A stretch of 32,000 bases of DNA from Desulfocapsa sulfexigens DSM 10523 (GCF_000341395.1 NC_020304.1:1890001-1922000); one strand, 5' to 3'. Shown: positions 9,554-21,194, counted from the first letter of the stretch. A program made the numbers and translations. The notes: generated by a model not told the origin, from the sequence alone.

Positions 9554-11332
9554 ATGACAAATCTACAAATGTGGACGTATGCTGTTGTAGGGGCAACTTT
9601 TGCTCTCTATATTTTTATTGCCATCAAGGCTCGTGCTGCCACCACCGGAGAGTTTTATGTTGCCGGTAAGGGTGTGCATCCGGTTCTGAATGGTATGGCC
9701 ACAGGCGCTGACTGGATGTCTGCTGCCTCGTTTATTTCCATGGCTGGTCTCATTGCCTTCAGTGGCTATGATGCTTCCGTGTATCTTATGGGTTGGACTG
9801 GTGGTTACTGTCTTTTGGCCATGCTCCTCGCCCCGTATCTGCGAAAGTATGGAAAATTCACTGTGCCCGAGTTTATTGGTGACAGGTTCTACTCTCAGAC
9901 TGCCCGTGTTGTGGCCGTTATCTGTCTGATAGTAGCTTCTCTTACCTATGTTATCGGCCAAATGAAGGGTATTGGTGTTGCCTTTTCCCGGTTTCTCGAA
10001 ATTCCGTTTAACTATGGTCTCTTTCTTGGTATGGGAATCGTATTCATCTACGCTGTTCTTGGTGGAATGAAAGGTGTTACCTATACCCAGATAGCTCAGT
10101 ACTGTGTTTTGATCTTTGCTTATACCGTACCAGCTATCTTTATTTCCCTGCAGCTCACCGGGAATGCCATTCCTCAGCTTGGTTTGGGCTCGGTAATGGC
10201 GGATGGTTCAGGAGTCTTCCTCCTGGATAAGATGGATAAGACATTGGTGGATCTGGGGTTTGATGCCTATACGACGCAGAAGGGGAGTACGATCAATATC
10301 TTTCTTCTGACCATGTCGCTGATGATTGGTACTGCGGGCCTTCCCCATGTTATTACCCGTTTCTTTACTGTACCTAAGGTAAAAGACGCACGTTCTTCAG
10401 CTGGCTGGGCTCTGGTTTTCATCGCGATCCTCTACACCACTGCTCCCAGTGTTGGTGCCATGGCTCGTTTGAATCTGGTGAATACCATTCAGGCAGATTC
10501 CATCGCCCCCGATACTACCCAGAATCTGAAAATTGATGCACTTCCTTCCTGGTTTACAAACTGGGAAAAAACCGGTCTGTTGAAATTTGAAGACAAAAAC
10601 GGTGACGGACGTATTCAGTATGTTGGTAAGAATTACACAGGTACCGATGCAAACGGTAAAGTTGTCGAAAACGAGATGATCAAAGTTGACCGTGATATCA
10701 TGGTTCTTGCCAATCCAGAGATTGCAGGGCTTCCAAACTGGGTTATTGCACTCGTTGCTGCCGGTGGAATTGCTGCCGCGCTCTCAACTGCTGCTGGACT
10801 CCTTCTTGCAATCTCTTCAGCGATTTCTCATGACATCGTGAAGGGCATTGTTGCAAAGAATATTGATGATAAAACTGAGCTCATGGCTGGTCGTATCGCA
10901 ATGGCTGGTGCTATTGCTGTGGCTGGGTATCTTGGACTGAATCCTCCAGGATTTGCGGCCCAGGTTGTTGCCCTGGCCTTTGGTCTTGCTGCATCCTCAA
11001 TATTTCCAGCACTCATGATGGGAATTTTCGCAAAACGTGTTAATAATGTTGGTGCTGTACTTGGTATGCTTGCTGGTCTTGGAACTACCCTTGTTTATAT
11101 TTTCTGGTTTAAGGGATGGTTCTTTATTCCCGGTACAGAAATGGCCAAAGACGTAGCTGCTAACTGGTTCATGGGGATATCCCCTGGTTCCTTTGGTGCC
11201 GTGGGTGCGGTGATCAACTTTGCTGTTGCTCTTACTGCTTCCAGTTTAACTGCTCCTCCACCAGAGCACATTCAGCATCTTGTTGAGGACATTCGTGTTC
11301 CAATGGGAGCTAAGGCAGCAGTCGATCATTAA
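9554..11332 (+). CDS. Sodium:solute symporter large subunit (VC_2705-like / acetate permease-like)
   Basis: 592 aa multi-TM protein; ATGADWMSAASFISMAGLIAFSGYDASVYLMGWTGGY, GLPHVITRFFTV, and paired DUF4212 subunit. Substrate not determinable from sequence. Confidence 0.88.
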   Translation: MTNLQMWTYAVVGATFALYIFIAIKARAATTGEFYVAGKGVHPVLNGMATGADWMSAASFISMAGLIAFSGYDASVYLMGWTGGYCLLAMLLAPYLRKYGKFTVPEFIGDRFYSQTARVVAVICLIVASLTYVIGQMKGIGVAFSRFLEIPFNYGLFLGMGIVFIYAVLGGMKGVTYTQIAQYCVLIFAYTVPAIFISLQLTGNAIPQLGLGSVMADGSGVFLLDKMDKTLVDLGFDAYTTQKGSTINIFLLTMSLMIGTAGLPHVITRFFTVPKVKDARSSAGWALVFIAILYTTAPSVGAMARLNLVNTIQADSIAPDTTQNLKIDALPSWFTNWEKTGLLKFEDKNGDGRIQYVGKNYTGTDANGKVVENEMIKVDRDIMVLANPEIAGLPNWVIALVAAGGIAAALSTAAGLLLAISSAISHDIVKGIVAKNIDDKTELMAGRIAMAGAIAVAGYLGLNPPGFAAQVVALAFGLAASSIFPALMMGIFAKRVNNVGAVLGMLAGLGTTLVYIFWFKGWFFIPGTEMAKDVAANWFMGISPGSFGAVGAVINFAVALTASSLTAPPPEHIQHLVEDIRVPMGAKAAVDH

Positions 11333-11370
11333 TAGTAGGAAAAGCTAGTATATCTGCCTGTTGGCAGAGA

Positions 11371-11408
11371 AAAAAAGCATCCGTAATCTTTACGGATGCT
11401 TTTTTTTG
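11371..11408 (+). terminator. Rho-independent terminator (potentially bidirectional)
   Basis: GCATCCGTA (11377-11385) / TACGGATGC (11391-11399), A-run before and T-run after. Confidence 0.88.
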
Positions 11409-11456
11409 GTTTATGGAAAGAAGAGTTGTTGTAAGAAAAACGTCGAGGGTTGGATA

Positions 11457-12002
11457 ATGTTACAATCAGAAAGTTGCTACCTTCATATAATTGATCCTCA
11501 GGAACGCTTAATGGCTCATATCCATGAGGCATCCAGAGTGACCGAGACCATTATCAAAATGGTAAACTGCGCAAGGATCATTGGTTTGCCTGTGATAGCC
11601 AACACCCAGTACAAAAAAGGCTTGGGGGCTTATGTTACAGGTCTTGAAGAGTTAATGGATGAAGTTCCTAGGCCTGATAAAATTGAATTTAACGCGCTTG
11701 CTAATGCAGAAACCAAGGAGCTGGTAAGTGCTCTACCCGCTACAGTGGATACTGCAATACTGGTAGGTGTAGAAACGCATATCTGTGTCTATCAAACGGC
11801 ACTTGGTCTACAGGAACTCGGGTTTTCGTCCTGGATAGTAGCGGATGGAGTGTCTTCACGTTTAGAAAAAAACCATCTCCTGGGGTTGGCACGCTTGCGT
11901 GATACCGGAGCTGCCATAGGCCCAGCTGAAATGATACTGTATGAATTACTGGCCAAGGCGGGAAGCGCTCAATTTAAAGAAGTTCTGCCACATATCATTT
12001 AA
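11457..12002 (+). CDS. Isochorismatase-like cysteine hydrolase family protein
   Basis: LHIIDPQERLM catalytic Asp region, VETHICVYQTALGLQELGF catalytic Cys region. ATG 11457 preferred because the ORF-track start at 11361 lies upstream of and reads through the terminator. Confidence 0.85.
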   Translation: MLQSESCYLHIIDPQERLMAHIHEASRVTETIIKMVNCARIIGLPVIANTQYKKGLGAYVTGLEELMDEVPRPDKIEFNALANAETKELVSALPATVDTAILVGVETHICVYQTALGLQELGFSSWIVADGVSSRLEKNHLLGLARLRDTGAAIGPAEMILYELLAKAGSAQFKEVLPHII

Positions 12003-12058
12003 CACCATACATAAACCAAAAAATTTATAATCCCAAACCTATTAATAAAGAAAAAGTC

Positions 12059-14707
12059 ATGAAAGGAAAAGAAATCCGCAGACGTTTTATTGAGTATTTT
12101 GAGAAACATGATCATACCAGGGTTGAAAGTTCCTCCCTTGTTCCACATGATGATCCTACACTCCTCTTTGTAAATGCCGGAATGGTACAGTTTAAAACGG
12201 TGTTTATGGGCGAAGATAAACGCGATTATACTCGTGCTGTGACAAGTCAGCGATGTGTGCGTGCCGGTGGCAAACACAACGATCTCGAAAATGTTGGCTA
12301 TACAGCCCGACATCATACGTTTTTTGAAATGCTCGGTAACTTTTCTTTTGGTGACTATTTTAAAGAGGATGCCATCAGGTTTGCCTGGGAGTTCCTTATT
12401 CAAGAGCTTAAACTTCCTGCTGAGCAAATGTGGGTTTCTGTTTTTGAGGATGACGATGAAGCATTTGAACTCTGGGAGAAGATAGAAGATCTTCCCAAGG
12501 GGCGTATTGTTCGTCTGGGGGAAAAAGACAACTTCTGGGCCATGGGAGACACTGGACCCTGTGGTCCCTGCTCCGAAATTCATATTGATCAGGGCAGAGA
12601 GGCAGGCTGTGATCGCCCTGATTGTGCGGTCGGCTGTGATTGTGATCGCTTCCTTGAACTGTGGAATCTCGTTTTTATGCAGTTTAATCGTTCAGAGGAC
12701 GGAACAATGACGCCTCTGCCAAAACCCAGCATTGACACGGGAATGGGTCTTGAACGAGTAGCAGCGGTTCTACAGGGGAAATTTAACAATTACGATACGG
12801 ACCTTTTTCAGCCAGTCATTCAAAAACTTGAAGGGTTGTCTGGCTGTAAGTATCTGGCCAATCAGGATGATACTACTGCCATGCGGGTCATTTCTGACCA
12901 CGCCCGTGCTACCACTTTTCTGGTTGCCGACGGTGTTCTTCCCTCTAACGAAGGACGCGGCTACGTGTTGCGCCGGGTTATGCGCCGTGCCATCAGATAT
13001 GGTCGTAACCTTGGGTTGACTAAACCCTTTCTTGAAGCAGTGACGGCTGAGGTGACAAACACCATGAAAGAGGCTCACCCTCACTTGAAGGATTGTGCGG
13101 ACCTTCTGGCTAAGGTTGTTAATAATGAGGAACTGCGTTTTGGAGAAACCCTGGAGCATGGTCTCTCCATGCTTGATGAAGAGATAAAGCGACTTGCTAA
13201 GCTTAATGATAAGCTGATAAATGGTGAATTTGTCTTTAAACTCTATGACACCTTTGGCTTCCCTGTTGATATTGTACGCGATATCTCACTGGAACGGGGG
13301 GTGGAGTTTGATCATGACGGTTTTGCTGCCGCCATGGAAAAACAGAGAAATCAATCCCGTGCATCACGCAAGGGTGAGAATGTACGCATTCTTGGCAAAG
13401 GCCTGAAACAACTTATTGAAAGTGGAAACAGAAGCGAGTTTGTTGGCTACGTAGGGCTTAGCTCTCAAGCGGTGGTTTTTGGACTACTCGATCACGAAGG
13501 GGAGGTATGTGAAGAGTTGCCAGCTGGAACAGTGGGACAGCTGTTTGTGAGTGCTACTCCTTTCTATGCCGAAGCAGGTGGTCAGGCAGGGGATAAAGGA
13601 ACTGTGTCCTGGGATGGTGGTGAGGCCGATGTGTACGGAACGCTGACCGAAGGCGAAGGGATTATCCTGCACAGGATAAAGATCACTAGGGGCATACTGG
13701 CTACAGGGGTAACTGTTCAGCTCGAAGTTGAAACAGCCAAGCGTAATGACACCGCTTCAAATCACACAGCAACCCATTTACTTCAGGCGGCCTTGAAAGA
13801 ACTCCTTGGGGATCATATTAAACAGGCAGGTTCACAGGTGACACATGATCGTCTTCGCTTTGATTTTACACATTTCTCACAGCTGTCAGCCGATGAAAAA
13901 GAGACTGTTGAGAGAAGGGTAAATGAGAAAATTAGAGAGAATATCATTACCGACACAGCTGTACTTGAGCGTAACCAGGCAATTGAGCAGGGAGCAACGG
14001 CCCTTTTTGGTGAGAAATATGGGGACAGTGTCAGAGTTGTGAGTCTTGGAGATTTTTCTAAAGAGCTCTGTGGCGGAACTCATGTTGCGGCAACAGGAGA
14101 CATAGGTCTTTTTCAAATTGTATCAGAAAGTGGCATTGCGGCAGGAGTGCGAAGGATTGAGGCCGTAACAGGAAGAGCTGCTCTGGAGAGAGTGCTTTCC
14201 CAGGCAAGACGGGAGCATGATGTGTGCGAAATGTTGAACGTTCAGCCAGACAATATTGTTGATCGAGTTGAAACTCTGGTTCGTAGCAATAAGTCCCTCG
14301 AAAGGCAGGTTGCTGACTTGTCCACCCAGCTTGCAACCACCGATCTTGTTGATCTCATGGAATCTGCAGCAGAGATAGAAGGGGTCAAAGTTATTGCAGC
14401 TGTCATTCCATTGGATAGTCCGAAAACCTTACGTGAAGTGGGGGATAGAGTGCGCGATGCCCTGGGGACTGGTGTGGCAGTGCTTGGCGGTGAAATTAAT
14501 GGTAAGGCTGCGTTGCTTGCACTTGTATCAAAAGATCTTACAAAGAAAATAAAGGCTGGTGAACTTGTTAACAGGGTTGCAGTAATTGTTGGTGGTAAGG
14601 GTGGTGGCAGGCCAGACATGGCACAGGCTGGTGGCACCATGCCAGATAAAATGAAGGAGGCAATCGCTTCTGTGCACGAACATGTCCGTGAGCTCTTGGT
14701 CAAATGA
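12059..14707 (+). CDS. alaS: Alanyl-tRNA synthetase
   Basis: 882 aa; IRRRFIEYFEKHDHTRVESSSLVPHDDPTLLFVNAGMVQFK, editing/SAD motifs HTATHLLQAALKELLG and ELCGGTHV, DHIKQAGSQVTHDRLRFDFTH. Confidence 0.97.
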   Translation: MKGKEIRRRFIEYFEKHDHTRVESSSLVPHDDPTLLFVNAGMVQFKTVFMGEDKRDYTRAVTSQRCVRAGGKHNDLENVGYTARHHTFFEMLGNFSFGDYFKEDAIRFAWEFLIQELKLPAEQMWVSVFEDDDEAFELWEKIEDLPKGRIVRLGEKDNFWAMGDTGPCGPCSEIHIDQGREAGCDRPDCAVGCDCDRFLELWNLVFMQFNRSEDGTMTPLPKPSIDTGMGLERVAAVLQGKFNNYDTDLFQPVIQKLEGLSGCKYLANQDDTTAMRVISDHARATTFLVADGVLPSNEGRGYVLRRVMRRAIRYGRNLGLTKPFLEAVTAEVTNTMKEAHPHLKDCADLLAKVVNNEELRFGETLEHGLSMLDEEIKRLAKLNDKLINGEFVFKLYDTFGFPVDIVRDISLERGVEFDHDGFAAAMEKQRNQSRASRKGENVRILGKGLKQLIESGNRSEFVGYVGLSSQAVVFGLLDHEGEVCEELPAGTVGQLFVSATPFYAEAGGQAGDKGTVSWDGGEADVYGTLTEGEGIILHRIKITRGILATGVTVQLEVETAKRNDTASNHTATHLLQAALKELLGDHIKQAGSQVTHDRLRFDFTHFSQLSADEKETVERRVNEKIRENIITDTAVLERNQAIEQGATALFGEKYGDSVRVVSLGDFSKELCGGTHVAATGDIGLFQIVSESGIAAGVRRIEAVTGRAALERVLSQARREHDVCEMLNVQPDNIVDRVETLVRSNKSLERQVADLSTQLATTDLVDLMESAAEIEGVKVIAAVIPLDSPKTLREVGDRVRDALGTGVAVLGGEINGKAALLALVSKDLTKKIKAGELVNRVAVIVGGKGGGRPDMAQAGGTMPDKMKEAIASVHEHVRELLVK

Positions 14708-15041
14708 TCAGTGATAAGGCGTTTAAAAGAAAGAGGCCTTAATTTAAGGAAAAGATCACTGCAGTAACCTTTAGTTTATATAGCAGTTTTGTGTGGTGGG
14801 TAGAGCGCCGGAGATATCTGTCTTGCGTGAAATGGTGGCTGGAGCGTAACCTGTTTTTGGGTTGTAAAGTGAAAAAAACTGTAAGCCATTACCACAAAAA
14901 TTTAGTTATTAAATCCAATAAGTGCTTTTCCAAGCGTTCGAAGGATTCTAATTATAGGAAATAGTAAAATAAATCGAGCTATTGTTCAAAACCGTTTGTT
15001 TCAAAATAAGAAATTCAAGCCCTTGACTCTCCTAAAAAAAG

Positions 15042-15070
15042 TTGACAGCGTAATGTATATGCGGTAGAAC
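15042..15070 (+). promoter_or_regulatory. Candidate sigma-70-type promoter upstream of the ATP synthase operon
   Basis: TTGACA (15042-15047), 17 bp spacer, TAGAAC (15065-15070). Confidence 0.5.
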
Positions 15071-15146
15071 CGTTTTTCGTGTTGTGAATCACCATTCATT
15101 TTGGGCGATTTTTTTGAGTTATCTTAGCTAATCAGGAGCAGAGAAA

Positions 15147-15572
15147 ATGGTTTCAATGGATATTACCCTGTTTCTTCAGATCGTAAATGCTATCGTTCTG
15201 ATGTTTCTCCTCAATGGAGTCATCTATAAGCCGGTACTGAAGATTTTGAAGGAAAGAAAAGTCAAGTTACAAGGCATGCGTGATGATGTAACTAAGTACG
15301 AAGATAACGCCCGCAGACGTCAGGAAGAAGTAGACAAAAAAATGCACAAGGCCTCTAGCAGGGCCAAGGCTGCACTTGATAATGCGCGCGCCGGGGCAAA
15401 AGCCGCCGGTGAGGAGAAACTCGCCGCAATCAAGGCTGAAGCCGATGCTGATAAAGATAAACAGCTGGCAGATATTAAATCCCAGGTTGAGGCTGCTCGA
15501 AAAGATCTTGAAGCCGGACTTGACGGATTTGCTTCTGCCATGGCAGGAAAAATTTTGGGAAGGAGTCTGTAA
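15147..15572 (+). CDS. F-type ATP synthase subunit b' (B/B' family)
   Basis: 141 aa: one N-terminal TM (ITLFLQIVNAIVLMFLLNGVIYKPVLKIL) followed by a charged coiled coil; adjacent to second b-type gene. Confidence 0.9.
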   Translation: MVSMDITLFLQIVNAIVLMFLLNGVIYKPVLKILKERKVKLQGMRDDVTKYEDNARRRQEEVDKKMHKASSRAKAALDNARAGAKAAGEEKLAAIKAEADADKDKQLADIKSQVEAARKDLEAGLDGFASAMAGKILGRSL

Positions 15573-15574
15573 GG

Positions 15575-16333
15575 ATGAGGGAGATGAAGCGAACAATCGG
15601 GAAAGGTGCACTTGTTGCGCTGATTCTGTGGTTTGCCCTGGCTGCAGGTATTGTCTGGGCGTCTGACCACGGAACAACAGCGGCAACTGGTGAGGGAATG
15701 CCCACGGCGGATGCCCATGTCTCTGCTGAGATGCATGGTGAGGCTGCTGCCGGGCATGCAGTGGTTGAAGATCATGCAACAGAAACTGCGGCACTTCATG
15801 GTGATGCTGCTGCCGGACATGGTAACGCCCATGCGGTTGATAGTCTGTCGCCTGCAAAGCTCAAAGATCTCGGCTGGCGTGTGATGAACTTTATCGTGCT
15901 GATGATCATCCTGGTGAAGTTTGGTGCTAAGCCAATTGCCAATGGACTCGGTGCTCGTCGTAAACAGATTAGAGATGAGATTGAAGATCTTGAAGCGAAG
16001 AAAGTTGATGCTGAGAAAGCCTACAAGGAGTTTTCCGCAAAGCTTGAATCTGTTGAAAAAGACGTCGATTCTATCGTTGAAAAAGCTGTTGCCCAGGCCG
16101 AGGTTGAGAAGGTCAGGATTATAGAGGCTGCAGAAAAATCAGCTGCCGATATTAAACGTTCTGCAGAAATGGCAATTGCCAATGAAATTACTGCGGCTAA
16201 ACGTAGCCTTAAGGTGAGCGTTACCGAGCAGGCAGCAATAATGGCTGAGGAGTTAATCGTTAAGAATCTGACAGCTGATGATCAGGTCAAGATTATCGAA
16301 GATTACTTAGATAAAGTAGGGGCCGTCCAGTGA
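15575..16333 (+). CDS. atpF: F-type ATP synthase subunit b with N-terminal signal-like segment and His/Ala/Glu-rich extension
   Basis: LSPAKLKDLGWRVMNFIVLMIILVKFGAKPIANGLGARRKQIRDEIEDLEAKKVDAEKAYKEFSAKLESVEKDVDSI is b-subunit-like; preceded by MREMKRTIGKGALVALILWFALAAGIVWA and ~60 aa low-complexity linker. Confidence 0.9.
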   Translation: MREMKRTIGKGALVALILWFALAAGIVWASDHGTTAATGEGMPTADAHVSAEMHGEAAAGHAVVEDHATETAALHGDAAAGHGNAHAVDSLSPAKLKDLGWRVMNFIVLMIILVKFGAKPIANGLGARRKQIRDEIEDLEAKKVDAEKAYKEFSAKLESVEKDVDSIVEKAVAQAEVEKVRIIEAAEKSAADIKRSAEMAIANEITAAKRSLKVSVTEQAAIMAEELIVKNLTADDQVKIIEDYLDKVGAVQ

Positions 16334-16875
16334 AACAGGTTATCTTAGCAAGACGATATGCAAAGGCACTTTTCGCAGTCTGTAAGGAAAACGAAAAGTT
16401 TGATGAGTATAACGATGCTCTTCAGGGCCTTAATGGAGTGTTTGCCACGGACAGCAGTCTGGCGGACTCTCTTACCAACCCCCTCTACCCGATGGATGTA
16501 CGCGAAAAGGTAATGGAAGGAATTGTTGCTTCCATGGGTGTTGATAAAGTTATGGGCAATTTTCTCAACCTGCTGGTCGAGAAAAAACGTGCTGGCGTTC
16601 TTCCTGATATTGCAGAAGAATTCCAGATCATGGTTGATGAAGAAAAAAATGTCAGTCATGGCAGCGTCGTCTCAGCAGTAGAACTGAGTGAAGAATTGCA
16701 GGCCAAAGTGCAGGCAACATTAGAAAAGCTTACTGGCAAGACAGTGAAACTGACTACCAGTGTGGATCCTTCAATCATTGGTGGCGTTGTTGCCAAGGTT
16801 GGTGATCTTGAATTAGACGGAAGTATCAGAACACAACTTGCGAGTTTAAAAGATTCCATTAAGGGGAGAGAGTAG
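16330..16875 (+). CDS. atpH: F-type ATP synthase subunit delta
   Basis: [25 protein letters not shown] and C-terminal [30 protein letters not shown]; 4-bp overlap with atpF. Confidence 0.95.
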   Translation: MKQVILARRYAKALFAVCKENEKFDEYNDALQGLNGVFATDSSLADSLTNPLYPMDVREKVMEGIVASMGVDKVMGNFLNLLVEKKRAGVLPDIAEEFQIMVDEEKNVSHGSVVSAVELSEELQAKVQATLEKLTGKTVKLTTSVDPSIIGGVVAKVGDLELDGSIRTQLASLKDSIKGRE

Positions 16876-16877
16876 CA

Positions 16878-18401
16878 ATGCAAATCAAAGCCGAAGAAAT
16901 CAGTCAGATTATAAAAGATCAGATTGGTGAGTACGAAACCAGTATTGACCTGAATGAGACCGGTACCGTCATCTCCGTTGGTGATGGTATTGCACGTGTT
17001 TACGGAGTCCAAAATTGTATGGCCATGGAACTTCTTGAATTCCCTGGTGGAATCATGGGTCTGGCTCTCAACCTTGAGGAAGACAACGTAGGTTGTGCAG
17101 TCCTTGGTTCGGTTACCAAAATTAAAGAAGGTGACCTTGTAAAGCGTACCGGGAAAATCGCAGAGGTTCCTGTTGGACCGGAGATGGAAGGTCGTGTTGT
17201 TGATGGTATCGGTTTCCCAATTGATGGGCAGGGTGCTATTAATGCAAAGCTGAGTTCCAAAATAGAAGTTCTGGCCCCTGGTGTTATTGCCCGTAAAGGT
17301 GTACATGAGCCATGTTACACTGGTGCTAAGGCCGTTGATGCCATGACTCCAGTAGGACGTGGACAGCGTGAGCTTGTTATTGGTGACAGGCAGATTGGAA
17401 AAACTGCCCTTTGTGTTGATGCTATTATCGCCCAAAAACATACAGACGTTCATTGTATTTATGTGGCTGTTGGTCAGAAAAAATCAACCGTAGCACTTAT
17501 TGTTGAGGCCCTAAGAAAACACGGTGCAATGGAATACACCACCGTAGTTGCTGCATGTGCCTCTGATCCAGCTCCTATGCAGTACATTGCACCATTTGCC
17601 GGAACTTCCATGGGTGAGTATTTCCGTGATAATGGCCAGCATGCACTTATCGTCTATGATGATTTGTCAAAACAGGCCGTTGCCTATCGTGAACTTTCAC
17701 TGCTTCTTCGTCGTCCACCAGGACGTGAGGCATATCCTGGAGATATTTTCTTCAACCATTCCCGTCTCCTTGAGCGTTCATCCAAGGTTTCTGATGAACT
17801 TGGTGCCGGATCTTTGACTGCACTTCCAATTATTGAGACCCAGGCTGGTGACGTTTCTGCTTTCATTCCTACGAACGTTATTTCCATCACAGATGGCCAG
17901 GTATATCTCGAGCCTAACCTGTTCTTCTCAGGTGTTCGTCCTGCCATTAACGTAGGTCTGTCCGTATCTCGTGTTGGTGGTGCCGCACAGGTGAAAGCGA
18001 TGAAACAGGTTGCTGGTACACTTCGCCTAGACCTTGCTCAGTATCGTGAGTTGGCTGCTTTTGCTGCATTTGGATCTGATCTTGATGCTAAGACTCAAGC
18101 ACAGTTGACTCGTGGTGAACGTCTGGTTGAAATCTTAAAACAACCACAGTACGCACCACTTACCATGGAAAAACAGGTTACCATCCTTTATGCAGGTGCC
18201 AATGGCTATCTTGATAAGCTTCCTATTGACACTATGAGGGATTACGAGGATGAGATGTTCAGCTATATTGAGTCCAATGATGCCTCTATCTTTGCAGACC
18301 TGAAAGAGCAGGAAGAATTCACTGATGCCATTAAAGAAAAGCTGAATAAAGCACTTGATGCTTTCGGTGAAACTTTTAAGGCAACCAAGGGCCTCAAATA
18401 A
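16878..18401 (+). CDS. atpA: F-type ATP synthase subunit alpha
   Basis: [11 protein letters not shown]-loop, [12 protein letters not shown]-like region ([37 protein letters not shown]). Confidence 0.98.
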   Translation: MQIKAEEISQIIKDQIGEYETSIDLNETGTVISVGDGIARVYGVQNCMAMELLEFPGGIMGLALNLEEDNVGCAVLGSVTKIKEGDLVKRTGKIAEVPVGPEMEGRVVDGIGFPIDGQGAINAKLSSKIEVLAPGVIARKGVHEPCYTGAKAVDAMTPVGRGQRELVIGDRQIGKTALCVDAIIAQKHTDVHCIYVAVGQKKSTVALIVEALRKHGAMEYTTVVAACASDPAPMQYIAPFAGTSMGEYFRDNGQHALIVYDDLSKQAVAYRELSLLLRRPPGREAYPGDIFFNHSRLLERSSKVSDELGAGSLTALPIIETQAGDVSAFIPTNVISITDGQVYLEPNLFFSGVRPAINVGLSVSRVGGAAQVKAMKQVAGTLRLDLAQYRELAAFAAFGSDLDAKTQAQLTRGERLVEILKQPQYAPLTMEKQVTILYAGANGYLDKLPIDTMRDYEDEMFSYIESNDASIFADLKEQEEFTDAIKEKLNKALDAFGETFKATKGLK

Positions 18402-18419
18402 TAGAGGAGAACGCTTGAT

Positions 18420-19292
18420 ATGCCTAGTTTAAAAGACGTTCAAAATAAGATAGTTGGTGTCAAGAAGACGGCACAGATAACATCGGCCATGAACATGGTC
18501 GCTTCTGCTAAGCTTCGTGGTGCACAGGAGAAGATGGAGAATTTCCGTCCCTATGCCGACAAGTTTAATGAGGCCATGTCCAATCTTTCGGGTGGTGGAA
18601 ATACCGACGCGTTTCCTCTGATGGATGTGCGTGATGTTAAAACCGTGGAACTTGTCGTTATAACATCGGATCGGGGATTGTGTGGATCCTTTAATTCAAA
18701 CATACTGAAACTCGCCTATAAAAAGATTGATGAGTATGAGGCTCAGGGGAAGACGGTTAGTGTTGTCTGTGTAGGAAAAAAAGGAAATCAGTCTCTGAAA
18801 AAAACGGGAAAGGTTCGGACTCGTTTTGTTGATATCATGTCTGATTTTCAGATGTTCAATGCCAGAGAGATCGCTCAGGATGTAGCAACTAATTTCCTCA
18901 GTGGCGCTGCTGATAAAGTTGAAGTTATTTATGGAAGTTTTCAATCTGTAGCCATTCAGCGACCAGTCGTTCAGGAGATGCTCCCCATCACTCCAATCGA
19001 AACAGAAGGTGAGGAGATTAAAAAACAGGCAGGAGACTATATCTATGAGCCTTCAACCGAAGAAATCATGGATGTTATGCAGCCTCTGTACCTGAATGTC
19101 ATAATTTATCATGCCATGCTTGAAGTCGGTGCTTCCGAACATGCAGCAAGAATGACTTCCATGGATAACGCTACTAACGCATGTAAGGATATTGTAAGCG
19201 ACCTCACCCTTGTGTACAACAAAGCAAGGCAGGCTGCTGTTACCGGTGAGCTGATGGATATTGTTGGCGGCGCCGAAGCCCTTAAGGGATAA
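18420..19292 (+). CDS. atpG: F-type ATP synthase subunit gamma
   Basis: MPSLKDVQNKIVGVKKTAQITSAMNMVASAKLR; VVITSDRGLCGSFNSN; ASEHAARMTSMDNATNA. Confidence 0.98.
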   Translation: MPSLKDVQNKIVGVKKTAQITSAMNMVASAKLRGAQEKMENFRPYADKFNEAMSNLSGGGNTDAFPLMDVRDVKTVELVVITSDRGLCGSFNSNILKLAYKKIDEYEAQGKTVSVVCVGKKGNQSLKKTGKVRTRFVDIMSDFQMFNAREIAQDVATNFLSGAADKVEVIYGSFQSVAIQRPVVQEMLPITPIETEGEEIKKQAGDYIYEPSTEEIMDVMQPLYLNVIIYHAMLEVGASEHAARMTSMDNATNACKDIVSDLTLVYNKARQAAVTGELMDIVGGAEALKG

Positions 19293-19311
19293 TAACCATA
19301 CGCAAATATAA

Positions 19312-20751
<1,440 letters not shown>

Positions 20752-20780
20752 ACTAACTGACAAGCATACGAGGATATACA

Positions 20781-21194
20781 ATGGCACAACAAATACATTT
20801 AGAAGTAGTAACTCCTGCCGGGGCTGTGGTTAGCGAGGATGTGGATATCGTTAATGCACCTGGATATGGTGGTGACTTTGGTGTGTTGGCCAATCATGCT
20901 CCTTTTCTTTCTACTATTAAAATCGGGATCCTGACCTATGCACAGGGTAATAACAGGAAAAGTCTTATGATTAGTGGCGGCTTCTCTGAAGTCTCCAATA
21001 ATAAAATTACTTTTCTTGTTGAGAGTGCCGAAAGTGGTAGTAGTATTGATGTAGATAGGGCTATGAAGGCAAAAGAGAGGGCTGAAAAACGCCTTGCTCA
21101 GGCTGCTGCGCATGATGATCAGTTTAATCAGGTCAGGGCCGAGGCGGCTCTGCAGCGCGCACTTGCACGAATCAAAGCATCTAAGATTGCTTGA
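20781..21194 (+). CDS. atpC: F-type ATP synthase subunit epsilon
   Basis: [44 protein letters not shown]; C-terminal helical hairpin. Confidence 0.96.
   Translation: MAQQIHLEVVTPAGAVVSEDVDIVNAPGYGGDFGVLANHAPFLSTIKIGILTYAQGNNRKSLMISGGFSEVSNNKITFLVESAESGSSIDVDRAMKAKERAEKRLAQAAAHDDQFNQVRAEAALQRALARIKASKIA

Noticed and set aside
11999-12583. 194-aa minus-strand ORF opposite alaS N-terminus
   Set aside because: Antisense to the strongly conserved class II aaRS core; no recognisable domain.
14791-14967. 58-codon GTG-initiated frame in the alaS-atp gap
   Set aside because: No clear ribosome-binding site and odd Trp/Arg composition; kept only as a possibility in the gap finding.
15267-15857. 196-aa and 170-aa minus-strand ORFs opposite the ATPase b/b' genes
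   Set aside because: His/Gln/Ser-rich mirror translations of the coiled-coil coding sequence; spurious.
16656-17453. 265-aa minus-strand ORF opposite atpH/atpA
   Set aside because: Antisense to two confidently assigned conserved genes; composition consistent with codon-bias mirror reading; no recognisable domain.
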